IMG/VR virus record: IMGVR_UViG_3300032236_000803
Coordinates: 1-64,000 of that record
Strand: one strand, 5' to 3'
Length of the DNA: 64,000 nucleotides
Source: a virus
Shown here: positions 24,420 to 36,700 of the stretch, in pieces
Position numbering within the stretch: the first letter of the stretch is position 1
Layout of the letters: every line of letters begins with the position of its first letter
Position numbers and translations under genes: made by a program
Notes under the pieces: model-generated
What the model was told of the DNA's origin: nothing
Databases searched by the model: none
Seen by the model: the letters and a program-made list of their open reading frames with translations, nothing else

Positions 24420-26501
24420 ATGGCTGGATCTAATAGCAATTTCCAATTAGCTGGAACAGATTTTGAACAGATAAAAGGTAATTTGATCACCTATCTGAAA
24501 GGCCAGAACATATTAACTGACGCCAATTATACCGGCAGTGCTTTATCTATCTTACTAGATATATTAGCCTATAACACATATTATAACGCGACATATTTAA
24601 ATTTAATTGGTAGTGAATTATTTCTAGATAGCGCAATTAAAAGAAGTTCGGTAGTATCTAAAGCTAAAGAATTAGGATATGTTCCTGCGTCAGCAACGAG
24701 TGCGCAAGCTATAATAGACTTATCGATTACTGGTCTACAATCAACCACTTTTGTATTACCAAAATATTCTAGATTTATTTCTGGCCAAGTAAATAATAAA
24801 ACATATACATTCATAACAACTCAACAATATTCTACCATAGTAGATTCTAATGGTAATGGAACTATTTCCGACATTACCATATACGAAGGCGAACCTGTAA
24901 CTTATAATTTCACGTATATAGCAGCGTCTAATCCGAATTCTACATTTAATATTCCTGATGTTAGCGTTGATATTGATTCTTTAATTGTTGGAGTGCAGCA
25001 ATCTTCTGTATCTTCAAACACGACAATATTTACTAAAGCAACTAATTACTTAAATCTTGATTCCACTAGTACCGTTTATTTCATTCAAGAAGCTTCTGAC
25101 GGAACGTATGACATTTATTTCGGTGATGGCATATTAGGCACGCAATTGATTGATGGTAATATTGTTTCTGTGACTTATATATCCACTTCAGGGTCTGCTG
25201 GAAACGGTATTCAGAATTTTAAATTAGTAAATGTTCCTACGGCAACATTTACTAGAATTACAGCAAACACAACTCAAATTGCTTTTTCTGGGGGAGACAA
25301 AGAATCCATAGATTCTATAAAATTCCAAGCGCCTAAAGCATACGCTTCTCAGAATAGAGCAGTAACAAAAGATGATTACATAAATTTAATACAAAAAAAC
25401 AGTCTTCAATTGAAATTTGATGCAGTTAATGTTTGGGGCGGTGAAGAAAATTCTCCTCCTGTTTATGGCCAGGTTTTTGTTTGTTTGAAACCAAAGGGTG
25501 CCTACACTCTAACTGATACTCAAAAAACAAGATTAATCAATGATGTTATAAAACCAATTTCGGTTATGACCGTGGAACCGACAATAATTGATCCTGATTA
25601 TACTTATGTTAAGCTAGATGTAAATGTTGTATATAACCAATCTAAAACGGTATTGGCCCCGTCAGATATAAACGCATTAGTAGTGAATGCAATAAACAAT
25701 TACGCTAATACTAACTTAAATACGTTTAATTCTATTTTTTCATCTAGCGATCTTATAAATCAGATTCAGAATGTTGATCAATCGATTATAGCAAATGAAT
25801 TATCAGTACAGTTGCAGAAAAAGATTTATCCAAATCTCACCACTCCTTCAACTTATAATTTCTACTATGGCGTTCCGTTAGCAAAAGGAATGTTCCAAAG
25901 CGGTGTCTCAAGTTCACCTGCTGTACAATTCAGAAATCCGTTGAATTTAGCCGAAATAATTGACGGCATTTATGTTGAAGAAATTCCTTCTTCTACTGGC
26001 GGTATTGAATCTATATCATTAATTAATGCTGGATATAGTTACCAATATACTCCAACAGTAGCCATATTAGGTGATGGTACTGGAGCTACTGCAGAAGCAA
26101 TCATCAATAATAACGGAACAATAAATTCAATAAACGTATTAACTTCAGGTAATAATTATACTAGTGCAATAGTCACAATAACCCCTGCTTCCGGGGACGT
26201 TACTGGTACTGGTGCTGCAGCTATTCCTATTTTGCAAGGACAATACGGAACTTTGCGTACATATTACAACAACAACGCACAAGTTAAGACTATATTTAAT
26301 CCAAATGCAGGAACAATAGATTACGTTAATGGTATCATAACTTTGAATTCATTTGGGCCAATAGATGTTGATAATCCTTTAGGACAATTAGCAATAACAG
26401 CTAATCCAAAAACAACGATTATATCGTCTTCAATGAACAGAATAATTACTATTGATCCATTTGATCCTAACGCAATTACCGTAACCGTAACTGCAAAATA
26501 A
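24420..26501 (+). CDS. gp6: baseplate wedge subunit
   Basis: DFEQIK..LLDILAYNTYYN..FLDSA..SQNRAVTKDDY..VWGGEE. Confidence 0.93.
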   Translation: MAGSNSNFQLAGTDFEQIKGNLITYLKGQNILTDANYTGSALSILLDILAYNTYYNATYLNLIGSELFLDSAIKRSSVVSKAKELGYVPASATSAQAIIDLSITGLQSTTFVLPKYSRFISGQVNNKTYTFITTQQYSTIVDSNGNGTISDITIYEGEPVTYNFTYIAASNPNSTFNIPDVSVDIDSLIVGVQQSSVSSNTTIFTKATNYLNLDSTSTVYFIQEASDGTYDIYFGDGILGTQLIDGNIVSVTYISTSGSAGNGIQNFKLVNVPTATFTRITANTTQIAFSGGDKESIDSIKFQAPKAYASQNRAVTKDDYINLIQKNSLQLKFDAVNVWGGEENSPPVYGQVFVCLKPKGAYTLTDTQKTRLINDVIKPISVMTVEPTIIDPDYTYVKLDVNVVYNQSKTVLAPSDINALVVNAINNYANTNLNTFNSIFSSSDLINQIQNVDQSIIANELSVQLQKKIYPNLTTPSTYNFYYGVPLAKGMFQSGVSSSPAVQFRNPLNLAEIIDGIYVEEIPSSTGGIESISLINAGYSYQYTPTVAILGDGTGATAEAIINNNGTINSINVLTSGNNYTSAIVTITPASGDVTGTGAAAIPILQGQYGTLRTYYNNNAQVKTIFNPNAGTIDYVNGIITLNSFGPIDVDNPLGQLAITANPKTTIISSSMNRIITIDPFDPNAITVTVTAK

Positions 26502-26503
26502 TT

Positions 26504-29500
26504 ATGAGCAATACAATAAATCCATCAGTATTAATACCAAATCAGCTCCCTGAGTTTATTAGGGATAATCCTGATTACAATACATTCGTTGCTTTTTTAC
26601 AGGCCTACTACGAATGGATGGAACAAGCTAATAACGTAGTAAATACCTCACAGAATTTATTATCATACAGCGACATTGACGAAACGTCTGATCAATTTTT
26701 GCAATATTATGTAAATGATTTTCTTCCTAACTTTCCGCAAGAAACTTTAGTAGACCAAAGAAAGTTGGTGAAATATGCAAAACAACTTTATCAAACAAAA
26801 GGAACTTTAGCTTCTTACAAATTTTTATTCAGAGTTTTGTATGATTCTGATTTTGATGTGTTTTATACTAAAGATGCAGTATTAAAAGCGTCTGCTGGTA
26901 GTTGGTACGTTCCTAAAAGTTTAAAGTTGTCAACTAGTGATTTTAGATTTCTTAATATACAGAATTATAGAGTATTCGGTGAAACTACAAAATCTATTGC
27001 AACTATCGAAAATTCCGTAATTTCAGGTAATAAAATTGAAGTATTCATTTCTAATATAGAAAGATTATTTCAATCAGGCGAATACATTAGAGTTGTTGAT
27101 AACAATAATAAAGACGTTATCATTGACGGAAATAATTTACGCGCAAAAATAGTAGGACAGATCAGCCAAATTAATATTGATCCGAATAACAGAGGATCAT
27201 TTTATGCGCCAGGTTATCCAGTAGTTGTATACGGAGGGTTAGATTCTCCTTTGGGTATAGGCGCAACTGCAGTAGTAGCAAATACAACTGCTGGCGGCGT
27301 GACTAGCGTATCAGTAGTCAATGGCGGATTTGGATACAGAAGCGATCCTAATACAATTATATCATTTTCTAATTTGAATGCTGGAGCAAAAACTCCAATA
27401 GCAAATGTTGCTTCGTTGTCTCCGTTCACGTTACCGTTAGTTACAATAACTAATGGAGGTATTGGTTATCAAAATAATGATCCTGTTTACACGATAATCA
27501 ATTCAAATAAATACAAATTTGCATATGTTTCTTCTGTCGATGCGAATGGTAAAATATTAACTATAGCATATAATCCTGGAGTTAATCCTAGTGCTGTAAT
27601 GGGTATTTCTGCTAACGTTAGTTCTGCTAATGCTTATGCTAATGGAGCATCTTTAACTATAGCTAATAGCGTAAGTAGTGCAGTATCCAACGTAACTTAT
27701 GCTCCTACAAATTCTATAGGGTTTTCTAAAAATGTAAAAATAGGAAATACTTACACTTTCCTTAGTTTACATCCTACTGCAAATGCTAATACAACTTTGG
27801 CTAATAGTCTATCGTTTGCGTCATTCGCAACATATCCAATTTCTTCAATATTAGTAGCTAATGAAGGCGGCGGGATAACGCAAGAACCTTCCGTTACTGC
27901 TTTATCAGTATATTCTACTGATGATATAACCCCAGCTTTAATTAGTTCTCTCGGCATACTTGGTCCTGTTCAGATTGTCAGTGGGGGCTATGGGTATGTT
28001 GCTAATGATAAAATAGTATTTTCTGGAGGTTCTGGATATGGCGCTTATGCTAACGTTTCTTCGGTAGATTCGCATGGTACAATTACTAGCATAACATATC
28101 AACAAGGAAATAAATTATATTCATTAGGAGGAATGGGATATGGAAGTGCTCTTCCAACTTTGTCTGTCAATTCTTCTAATAATTCTGCCTATGGAGCGCA
28201 ATTAGTTGTTACCGGAATATTAGGAGCAGGGGCACAATTCTCGGCAACAACAGATAGAGCAGGAGCAATATCAACAATTGCATTAGAAACATACGGAGAA
28301 GATTATGTCGCTACTCCAAACGTTTCGCTAAAGATACAAGATATTGTTGTTTCTGGATTGACTCTGGTAAATTTACCGCAAAAAGGAGATTTGGTTTACC
28401 AAGGTATATCTGCAAATACATCAAGTTATCAATCATATGTTGATTCCGTTTCTTTATTGATTCCTTATGCTAATGCTACAAGTTCTTTATATAATTTAAG
28501 AGTTTATAATTACACATCAATACCAGACCCTGCCCTGAAGTTAAAAATAGACAGGAATAATATTGTAATTACAGTAGCAAACGAAATTCCAGTTGGGTTT
28601 GAATCAGTCTATCCGTACAATTATAATTTGAATATCCAAGGATTTAACGTATATGGCGATGGTACTGCTAAAGCAACTACGAAATTCTTAAATGGTCTTG
28701 TAATTGGACAAGGACAGTATCTTGATAGTCAAGGACAGCCAAGTTCATTTGACGTATTGCAAAGTACTGATTATAACAATTACACGTATCAGATTACAGT
28801 ACAAAAAGAAATTGCAAAATATAGAGAAATATTATTGAATTTATTACATCCTTCAGGTACAAAACTGATAGGACGATATGCGATGGAAACTCAAAACCAT
28901 TTTGATTTCCATTCTCAAGACGCATTGTATACTGGAATACCATTGGATCAGCTTACAGGATATCCTGGTAGTACTGTTACAATGACTTCTGATTTCAATA
29001 ACAAAAGTAATAATTTATTGAATTTCCAATATCTATTGGGAATAGATTTATCAAACATTATCACCACTAGCGATATTATAGAAGTAACTCCTCCAAATGG
29101 ACCAACTATACGATCAGAAGTTGCTAACGTTTTCCCAATTATTAACACGATTGAATTAAAATCTAATACTTGGTTAACGTATCCAAATGTTGCTTACGTT
29201 ACTGCAAATGCTGGATCCAATTCTATAAATATATTATCATTAACTGGTTCATACGATATAATAAATAACGGTATATACTCAGATCCAAACTATCCGTTAA
29301 AAGACATTGTTTACGTAGGTGATACTGTAAAGATTACTGGAAACAATACTGTTTTCTCAGTAATTAATATGAATTATACAAATGGTAATATAATAGTATC
29401 TCCGTTATTACCTGCTGTAACTAATTCAACCATAGCAGTAAACAGAACGTTTGGTCCAACAAGTTGTGTTAGAATATATGGTCCAATTGGAACCCAGTAT

Positions 29501-29575
29501 TATAACCAGTTAACAACACAAGACGGCAAAATAATAACAACGCAAGATGGCACTACTATAATAGTGTTGGGGTAA
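26504..29575 (+). CDS. baseplate wedge protein (gp7-like)
   Basis: QLPEFIR..FLQAYYEW..YQTKGT..LFRVLY..LLHPSGTK; position after gp6. Confidence 0.75.
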   Translation: MSNTINPSVLIPNQLPEFIRDNPDYNTFVAFLQAYYEWMEQANNVVNTSQNLLSYSDIDETSDQFLQYYVNDFLPNFPQETLVDQRKLVKYAKQLYQTKGTLASYKFLFRVLYDSDFDVFYTKDAVLKASAGSWYVPKSLKLSTSDFRFLNIQNYRVFGETTKSIATIENSVISGNKIEVFISNIERLFQSGEYIRVVDNNNKDVIIDGNNLRAKIVGQISQINIDPNNRGSFYAPGYPVVVYGGLDSPLGIGATAVVANTTAGGVTSVSVVNGGFGYRSDPNTIISFSNLNAGAKTPIANVASLSPFTLPLVTITNGGIGYQNNDPVYTIINSNKYKFAYVSSVDANGKILTIAYNPGVNPSAVMGISANVSSANAYANGASLTIANSVSSAVSNVTYAPTNSIGFSKNVKIGNTYTFLSLHPTANANTTLANSLSFASFATYPISSILVANEGGGITQEPSVTALSVYSTDDITPALISSLGILGPVQIVSGGYGYVANDKIVFSGGSGYGAYANVSSVDSHGTITSITYQQGNKLYSLGGMGYGSALPTLSVNSSNNSAYGAQLVVTGILGAGAQFSATTDRAGAISTIALETYGEDYVATPNVSLKIQDIVVSGLTLVNLPQKGDLVYQGISANTSSYQSYVDSVSLLIPYANATSSLYNLRVYNYTSIPDPALKLKIDRNNIVITVANEIPVGFESVYPYNYNLNIQGFNVYGDGTAKATTKFLNGLVIGQGQYLDSQGQPSSFDVLQSTDYNNYTYQITVQKEIAKYREILLNLLHPSGTKLIGRYAMETQNHFDFHSQDALYTGIPLDQLTGYPGSTVTMTSDFNNKSNNLLNFQYLLGIDLSNIITTSDIIEVTPPNGPTIRSEVANVFPIINTIELKSNTWLTYPNVAYVTANAGSNSINILSLTGSYDIINNGIYSDPNYPLKDIVYVGDTVKITGNNTVFSVINMNYTNGNIIVSPLLPAVTNSTIAVNRTFGPTSCVRIYGPIGTQYYNQLTTQDGKIITTQDGTTIIVLG

Positions 29576-29578
29576 AGG

Positions 29579-32398
29579 ATGGCAGAAGTAAAAATTACGC
29601 AGTTAAGTTCAGCATATTTTAACGCTAATACGGCTAACACCGTATTTCTAGTCGTTGATCTACCCACAGACATTACTGGGCAGATGACTGGTACTTCTTT
29701 AGCCAAAGGATTATATTCAAATAATCCGCTAAACGTTGGTAACAATCAAATATTATTCGCAAATACTATTGCTCAATTTTCGGGTAATAGTAATACGTTT
29801 ATGCAACTTAATATTCAGAATTTCCAATCAAATGGATCTTCTGATGTTGTATTGACTTCAGATACCGGAACAAACGCCAACAATTACGTAGATTTGGGTA
29901 TTAATAACTCAACGTTTAATGATCCAAATTATTCAGCAATGGGTGCTCTTGATGGTTATTTGTACGTTGCCGGTCCAAATGGAGGCTCCAATCAAGCTAA
30001 TCTTATGATTGGTACTGCTTCGTATGGAGCAAACATTAATTTCGTTGCTGGCGGTACTACTATTAATGATATAGTTGCAGTATTTAACGAAGATGTTATT
30101 ACTTTTAACGAACCTACTATAATTAATCAGGCTCCAGTTGATCCTGATGATACCAGTTATGTTGCGTTACAAGTTAACAACTATGGTAACGGTTATTCAT
30201 TTGTTGTAAATGATGATGTTAATGATTATTCTCCATTCGCTATTGATCAAAGCGGTAACGTTTCGATTGGAGCGGTATCTGCGAATGGGTATAAATTATT
30301 AGTAGTTGGTAATACATATATTTCCGGAAACGTAGTAACTGCCAATAATTTCGTTTTATCTGATGGGTCGTTTGCTGCGTCAAATAATTATGTCAATGCT
30401 AATGATGCTTCTACATTAACTTCTGCCAAAAATTACACTAATTCGGCTAATCTTTGGTTACAAGCAAATGACTCATTGACTTTATCTACTGCCCAGGCGT
30501 TTTCTAATTCGGCTAATCTATGGTTACAAGCTAATGACGTTTTAACTTTAGCAACTGCTAAGAATTATGCTAATTCAGCAAATCTCTGGTTACAGGCAAA
30601 TGACGTTTTAACTTTAGCAACTGCTAAGAATTATGCTAATTCAGCAAATCTCTGGTTACAGGCAAATGACTCATTGACTTTATCTACTGCTCAATCATAT
30701 ACAAATGCAGCTAATTTATTTGCTCAAAATACGTATATTGCAAAATCAAATAATTTAACTTTTAATAATGTATCCATCACTGGTAATTTATTTGCAAATA
30801 CTGTAGGAACTTCTGTTTCGGTTGATAGTATATCATCGAATAATGCAACATTTTCTAAAAATATAACCGTTCTAGGAACTTTGACTTGTAATACGGCTCA
30901 AGGTAATGTATTCTTCGCTAATATTACAACAATAACTTCGCAAGCTAATGCAATTCAATGGGTTTCGCAACAAACCTCTCCTCCTCAGACTTACGGTCAA
31001 ATTTGGTTTTCTGCTAATGACGTTTCTTTAGTTGAAGATACTGATGTTACTAATGATAGGCCATTAATAGGTAAGGTATTATATGAAAAAGTATACAATG
31101 GTTCTGGTACAACTATTGCAGCTAATTCATGGGTAAGATTAGCTGGTGCCGTAACAAATACCGCAATTCCATATGTAGTATTAGCAGATGCTGGAAACGC
31201 GGCTAATTCATTTGTTTCTGGTTTTGTTAAAAATAGTATCGCAAATAATGCATACGGATACATTTATACGCAGGGAATTGTTAATAATTTAAATTCTTCA
31301 ACATATAACGTTGGCGATATATTGTTCTTATCAACAACCCCTGGCGCATCGCAAAATACTCCTCCAACCGGAGCAAATGTTGTAATTCAGTTAGCGAAAG
31401 TTTTGAGCAATAGCTCGACAATGGGTAAATTACAAGTGAATATTTTACCTCAACCAGCTTGGGGAAAAACTTCCGGTTCCATAATCTATTCCAGTAATAA
31501 TATACTTGTTTCTAGTAACACTATAACAATCAACGATTCCACACAAACATTGAATTTGAGTGGTAGTATTGTTATGAGCGGTTCAGTAACAATGAACAAC
31601 TCTACGTTTTCCGCAAATTCTGCAGCAGTTTCGATTATTGGTTCCTCTAATGGCGCAATCCAAGCACCTTCGGCAGATGGAACCATGTTACAGATTACTG
31701 GTAAAGACGGAGTTAATGCTAAAGTAATAACGGATGCAGCAGGTGCTGGTGTTTATGCTTTATATAATGGCCGTTCTATGCGAGGAACTGCGCAAAATCC
31801 GACCGCTAGTTTGGCTGGTGATGTATTAGTACGCTTTGGCGGTACTGGATATGGTACTACCGGATTCGGACTGCTCTCTGGCGGCGCAAAAATGGATTAT
31901 ATTGCGTTAGAAAATTATACTGATACCTCAAAGGGAACGCAAATATTATTAGCGACTACCCCAGTTGGTTCAAACGCTTTAGTAAATGTCGTGACTTATG
32001 CTGCTAATTCAGCTACATATTCTCCTAATACAGCATTATTTGTTGCTAATACAATCCATTATAATGCAAATTATAATAACGCAAACGTAGCTCAAACAGG
32101 TACTAAAGCAACTGCGGTATATGCTAATGGACGTACTGGACAGATCACTACTGTAAATACCAATATAAACAAAGGCGCTGCAACATACTTCGTGATGTAT
32201 AACACGTATATTACAAGTTCTAAAGATGTGGTCATATTGAATATATCCAGCGGAGCTAGTGTTAATTATGCATTAGCGGTAAATAACGTAATTCCTGGAA
32301 GTTGTAATGTTGTAATAAACAATTGCGACGGTACTCCATCTGGATCTAATGCTGCAGATACGTTGACAATCAACTTCGCAATTATCAATGTAACTTAA
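29579..32398 (+). CDS. virion structural/fibre protein
   Basis: VKITQL N-terminus, beta-rich body, 22-aa coiled-coil repeats. Confidence 0.7.
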   Translation: MAEVKITQLSSAYFNANTANTVFLVVDLPTDITGQMTGTSLAKGLYSNNPLNVGNNQILFANTIAQFSGNSNTFMQLNIQNFQSNGSSDVVLTSDTGTNANNYVDLGINNSTFNDPNYSAMGALDGYLYVAGPNGGSNQANLMIGTASYGANINFVAGGTTINDIVAVFNEDVITFNEPTIINQAPVDPDDTSYVALQVNNYGNGYSFVVNDDVNDYSPFAIDQSGNVSIGAVSANGYKLLVVGNTYISGNVVTANNFVLSDGSFAASNNYVNANDASTLTSAKNYTNSANLWLQANDSLTLSTAQAFSNSANLWLQANDVLTLATAKNYANSANLWLQANDVLTLATAKNYANSANLWLQANDSLTLSTAQSYTNAANLFAQNTYIAKSNNLTFNNVSITGNLFANTVGTSVSVDSISSNNATFSKNITVLGTLTCNTAQGNVFFANITTITSQANAIQWVSQQTSPPQTYGQIWFSANDVSLVEDTDVTNDRPLIGKVLYEKVYNGSGTTIAANSWVRLAGAVTNTAIPYVVLADAGNAANSFVSGFVKNSIANNAYGYIYTQGIVNNLNSSTYNVGDILFLSTTPGASQNTPPTGANVVIQLAKVLSNSSTMGKLQVNILPQPAWGKTSGSIIYSSNNILVSSNTITINDSTQTLNLSGSIVMSGSVTMNNSTFSANSAAVSIIGSSNGAIQAPSADGTMLQITGKDGVNAKVITDAAGAGVYALYNGRSMRGTAQNPTASLAGDVLVRFGGTGYGTTGFGLLSGGAKMDYIALENYTDTSKGTQILLATTPVGSNALVNVVTYAANSATYSPNTALFVANTIHYNANYNNANVAQTGTKATAVYANGRTGQITTVNTNINKGAATYFVMYNTYITSSKDVVILNISSGASVNYALAVNNVIPGSCNVVINNCDGTPSGSNAADTLTINFAIINVT
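30396..30720 (+). repeat. 66-bp (22-aa) tandem repeat, about 5 units, two identical at DNA level
   Basis: ANLWLQANDxLTLxTAxxYxNS units; identical copies start at 30533 and 30599. Confidence 0.9.
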
Positions 32399-32418
32399 TT
32401 TGAGAAATAAATAAACCT

Positions 32419-33786
32419 ATGGCAAGTACATCACTATTAACATATGCAGCTAAAGTTGCTTCAGTAGAACAGGTATATTATTCTCCTGTTGTCACGTTAC
32501 CAACTACAAATGAAGTTTTGTCTTCTATGTATTGTGTTCTTGCAAAGGTTGATACCTGGATTAACGATGTAAGTCCCCCTTCTCCTACTCAAGATCAAAA
32601 AGCAGTTAAGAATTTTTTGAAAAATGTATTTGTTGCCAAGTTAGTAACAAGTAATGATATTTCTCCTGTTATTCCAAGAGTAGATTGGACTTTGGATACT
32701 GTTTATGATCAATACGCAGACGATGTTGATATGTTTGCTCTGGATCCATTCGGTAATCAAGTTTATACATTTTACGTTAAAAATAGATACGATCAAGTAT
32801 TCAAATGTCTCTCCAACAACAACGGAGGACCATCATTATATGAACCTTATTTTGAACCCGGAACATATACGACAAATAATATCTACCAAAACGTAGACGG
32901 ATATAAATGGAAATATATTTTCACCGTTGATTTATCGTCTAAAGTTAAATTCATGGATCAATATTGGATCCCAGTTTTAGTTGGTCAAAATACACCTAAT
33001 CCTATTGCTTCTTCTGCAGGAACGGGAAGTCTTGATGTAATAAACGTTATTAGCGGAGGATCAGGATATGATCCAACAACCTCTGTCATAACGTTAAATA
33101 TTACAGGTGATGGAAGCGGCGCAAATGGCGTAGCAATTGTTGCTAATGGCGCAATTACTGATATATTAATGACTTCTCCTGGATCAAACTATACATATGC
33201 AAATGCTAGTATAATTTCGGCAAATGGATCTGGTGCAATATTGGCTGCAAATACATCGTCTCCAATTGGAGGTCATGGATACGATCCAGTTTCCGATCTT
33301 GGTTGTATGCATGTTATGATATCTGTTGAATTTAATGGTTCAGAAAACCAAAATATACCGACTGATATCACATATCACCAAATAGGGCTTTTAATAAATC
33401 CGACTACAAACAGCCTGAGTCCATTATCTGCAAATGGATCCATATATAACACGAGTACAAGCGTAATTGTTGCGGGCGGTTTTGGTTCATTCGTAAATGA
33501 TGAATTAGTATTCCAAGGAGCGTCTTTGGCTTCTGCTACTTTTATAGGAACCGTATTAGATTTCAATACATCAAGTAATGAATTATCTCTAATAAATATA
33601 ACTGGAACATTAACAGTCAATGCGCCAATTTTCGGAAATGGTTCTGGTACTGCTAGAACCGTATTAGCATATAACGAACCGGATTTTGTTCCTCTCTCCG
33701 GTTATCTTTCATATATGGAAAATAGGTCTGGTATAACAAGAAGTCCTGATGGAATTGAACAATTTAAAATAGTATTAGGTTATTAA
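32419..33786 (+). CDS. gp8: baseplate wedge subunit
   Basis: VIPRVDW..VFKCLSNN..DGYKWKYIF..PIGGHG..QIGLLINP..EQFKIVLGY. Confidence 0.85.
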   Translation: MASTSLLTYAAKVASVEQVYYSPVVTLPTTNEVLSSMYCVLAKVDTWINDVSPPSPTQDQKAVKNFLKNVFVAKLVTSNDISPVIPRVDWTLDTVYDQYADDVDMFALDPFGNQVYTFYVKNRYDQVFKCLSNNNGGPSLYEPYFEPGTYTTNNIYQNVDGYKWKYIFTVDLSSKVKFMDQYWIPVLVGQNTPNPIASSAGTGSLDVINVISGGSGYDPTTSVITLNITGDGSGANGVAIVANGAITDILMTSPGSNYTYANASIISANGSGAILAANTSSPIGGHGYDPVSDLGCMHVMISVEFNGSENQNIPTDITYHQIGLLINPTTNSLSPLSANGSIYNTSTSVIVAGGFGSFVNDELVFQGASLASATFIGTVLDFNTSSNELSLINITGTLTVNAPIFGNGSGTARTVLAYNEPDFVPLSGYLSYMENRSGITRSPDGIEQFKIVLGY

Positions 33787-33798
33787 GGTAAATAAAAT

Positions 33799-36700
33799 AT
33801 GTCACTAAATTTTAACGTTTCGCCATATTTCGATGACTTTGATTCATCAAAAAATTTCCACAGAATACTATTTAAACCTGGTGTTGCTGTACAGGCTAGA
33901 GAATTAACTCAGTCTCAAACAATATTACAGAACCAAGTAACTTCTTTTGCTGACAATATTTTCAAACAAAATTCTCCGGTTACTGGTGGACAAGTAACAA
34001 CTAATTTTAATTGCTATTATATCAAGTTAGAACCAACCTATAATGGCGCATCTATTGACGTTACTCAATTTAATAATCTTCTTGTAACAAACGCAGACGG
34101 GTCTGTTGTCGCTAGGGTCATTGCTGTCGTTCAAGGAACTGGGACCACTGGTCTTGGCGATCCTCCTACTATCATTATATCATATAAATCAGGAATACAT
34201 TTCGTTGATAACGATATCATATATGATGTAAATTCAAATTTAGCAGCACAAGCAATTTCTCTATATTCTTCCGGATTATCTTCTGTTGCTTCAATTGCTA
34301 AAGGCGTTTTTTACGTATTAGGCAATTTCGTACAAGTATCTGATTCAACGGTAGTTTTGTCGAAATATAGTAACAATCCAAGCATAAGAATCGGATTGAC
34401 GATAACTGAAACGGTTTACGATTATATTAATGATTCTTCGTTATTAGATCCAGCCATTGGAGCATCTAATTATCAAGCACCTGGTGCTGACAGATATTTA
34501 ATTTCTCTTACTCTTGATACGAGAAATCTGCTATTAGGTGATGACCAAAACTTTATTGAATTGGTTAGAGTACAAGACGGAAATGTATATAAAATGGTTG
34601 ATGGTTCAGTTTATGCAACCATCGATGATTATTTCGCAAAAAGAGATTATGAAACTAACGGTGATTATATTGTAAATAACTTTAAATTAACTCCTAAAGT
34701 TAATTCTAGTAATTCAAGTACGTATATTTTAAACGTTGGTAAAGGTCTTGCTTACGTAAGAGGATATAGAGTTGAGAATCCTTCTCCAGTAGAACTTATT
34801 TCTGATAAAGCAAGAACAACTGCGTCAATTACAAATGATCCTGTGTATACAGGATATGGTAGTTACTTCTACGTTAGTAATCTTCGTGGAGCAAATGGTT
34901 CGTTCTTCGACGTAACTACAGAACAAGCAATTGATCTTCATTGCGTTGCGCCTTCTAGCGTAAATGTATCAAGTTCAATTACATATAATTCTACTTTAGT
35001 AGCCTCTGGATATACTAGAGGATTGACTTTTAGCAACGCTTCTGATACAGCAAATGCTAATACATTTGTTTACAATCTTTATACTAATGATTTACAGTAT
35101 GCTACTTTATCTGGTAATTGTATATCTTCTACTGCTAATACAGTAACTTTACCTATCACGTTATCCGCTATCGACAGCGCTTATAATGGAGTATCAATCT
35201 CTATAACTAACGGGACTGATTACGGAGATTTTAAAACAATTATTGCATATAACGGATCAACCAGAGTAGCGACTGTTGATAGTAATTGGGCGATTAATCC
35301 AGATACTTCTTCTGTGTTCTCATTAAATTTCACTTCTGGTGACGTTGAGAGTATTCTAACAGTTAATAAAGCATCATATCCTGCTACGCTGTACGGTACT
35401 GCGAAAATTGACAACAGCGGGAAAGTCGGTGGATTATCAAATGGTTATAGTATTTTAGAGAACCCAGGTTCTCCTGAGTTACTGTTCACAATAGGTAATC
35501 CTTTTGTACAATCCATTTCATCTGGTTCATATGTAACTACGCAAGAAATTAGAAATGTTGGATTCACTTCATCAGGTTCTACTCTCAGCGCACAGATTTC
35601 ATATACTGGTAATTACAATGGTATCATCACACACATTGGTCCAACTACTGGTAATTTACCAATTAGTCAGGTGTTACAACAATATACAATTGTAGTAACT
35701 AACGCAGGAACTAACACTAAAATTAAAGTTGGTGATATAATTCCTTGGACTACTACAGCAAATGCTAATCGCACAGTAGCGTTAAGTAGCGGTGGAATAA
35801 CTGCAACATTTTCTACTACAACTTCGGATTTATCGCCTTTCACAGCTACTATTGTTGCTAAAGTATTTGTAGAAAACGCAGTCGATACAAACCAAAACGC
35901 CATATTAAAATATAAAACTTTAGTTACTGCTAATAGTAACACTGTTAATATGGCCGGTACTCAAATTAACACATATACATTTGTTGATGATTCAGCATCT
36001 TCTACTGGCCAGATTTATATTATAAATGCTGGTATTGTTTCTCCAGGATCAAAACAATCATTATATCTGTCAGACGTTTTAAAAATTAATAAGATCATCG
36101 ATACAGGATCACCTTCAGCTAATGCAACATTAGCTATGTTATCTAATCCTAATTATGACGTTACTGGTAATTATATATTTGATAACGGTCAAAGAGATAG
36201 CTATTACGATCACGCGTCAATAACTTTAAGACCAGGTGCTCCTAAACCTGCTGGTAATCTATTAGTCTTAGTAAATTATTTCAAACATAGCGGAGGAGAT
36301 GGATACTTTAGTGTTGCATCTTATCCTACCGTAGTAAATGGACAGGATTTTTATAGACAGATTCCAGTATATCAAGCTAAATCTGGTACATATTACAACC
36401 TACGCGATAGTTTGGATTTTAGACCAGCGAGATTAAATGCGCAAACAAGTTTTATTTTCCGATATGGTAATAACAACGTTTCAAATTATGGAGTTCTGTT
36501 ACCAATAGATTCTGGATTATTCACTTGTAATTATTCGTATTATCTTGGTAGAAAAGACTTATTGGTAATAACAAAAGACAGAAACATTCAAATAATCGAA
36601 GGAACGCCTTCATTATCTCCGATCTTACCTAACGGTCCAGATGGATGTTTGATTCTTGCTAATTTGTTATTGAATCCATATACAGGATATTTACCAACTG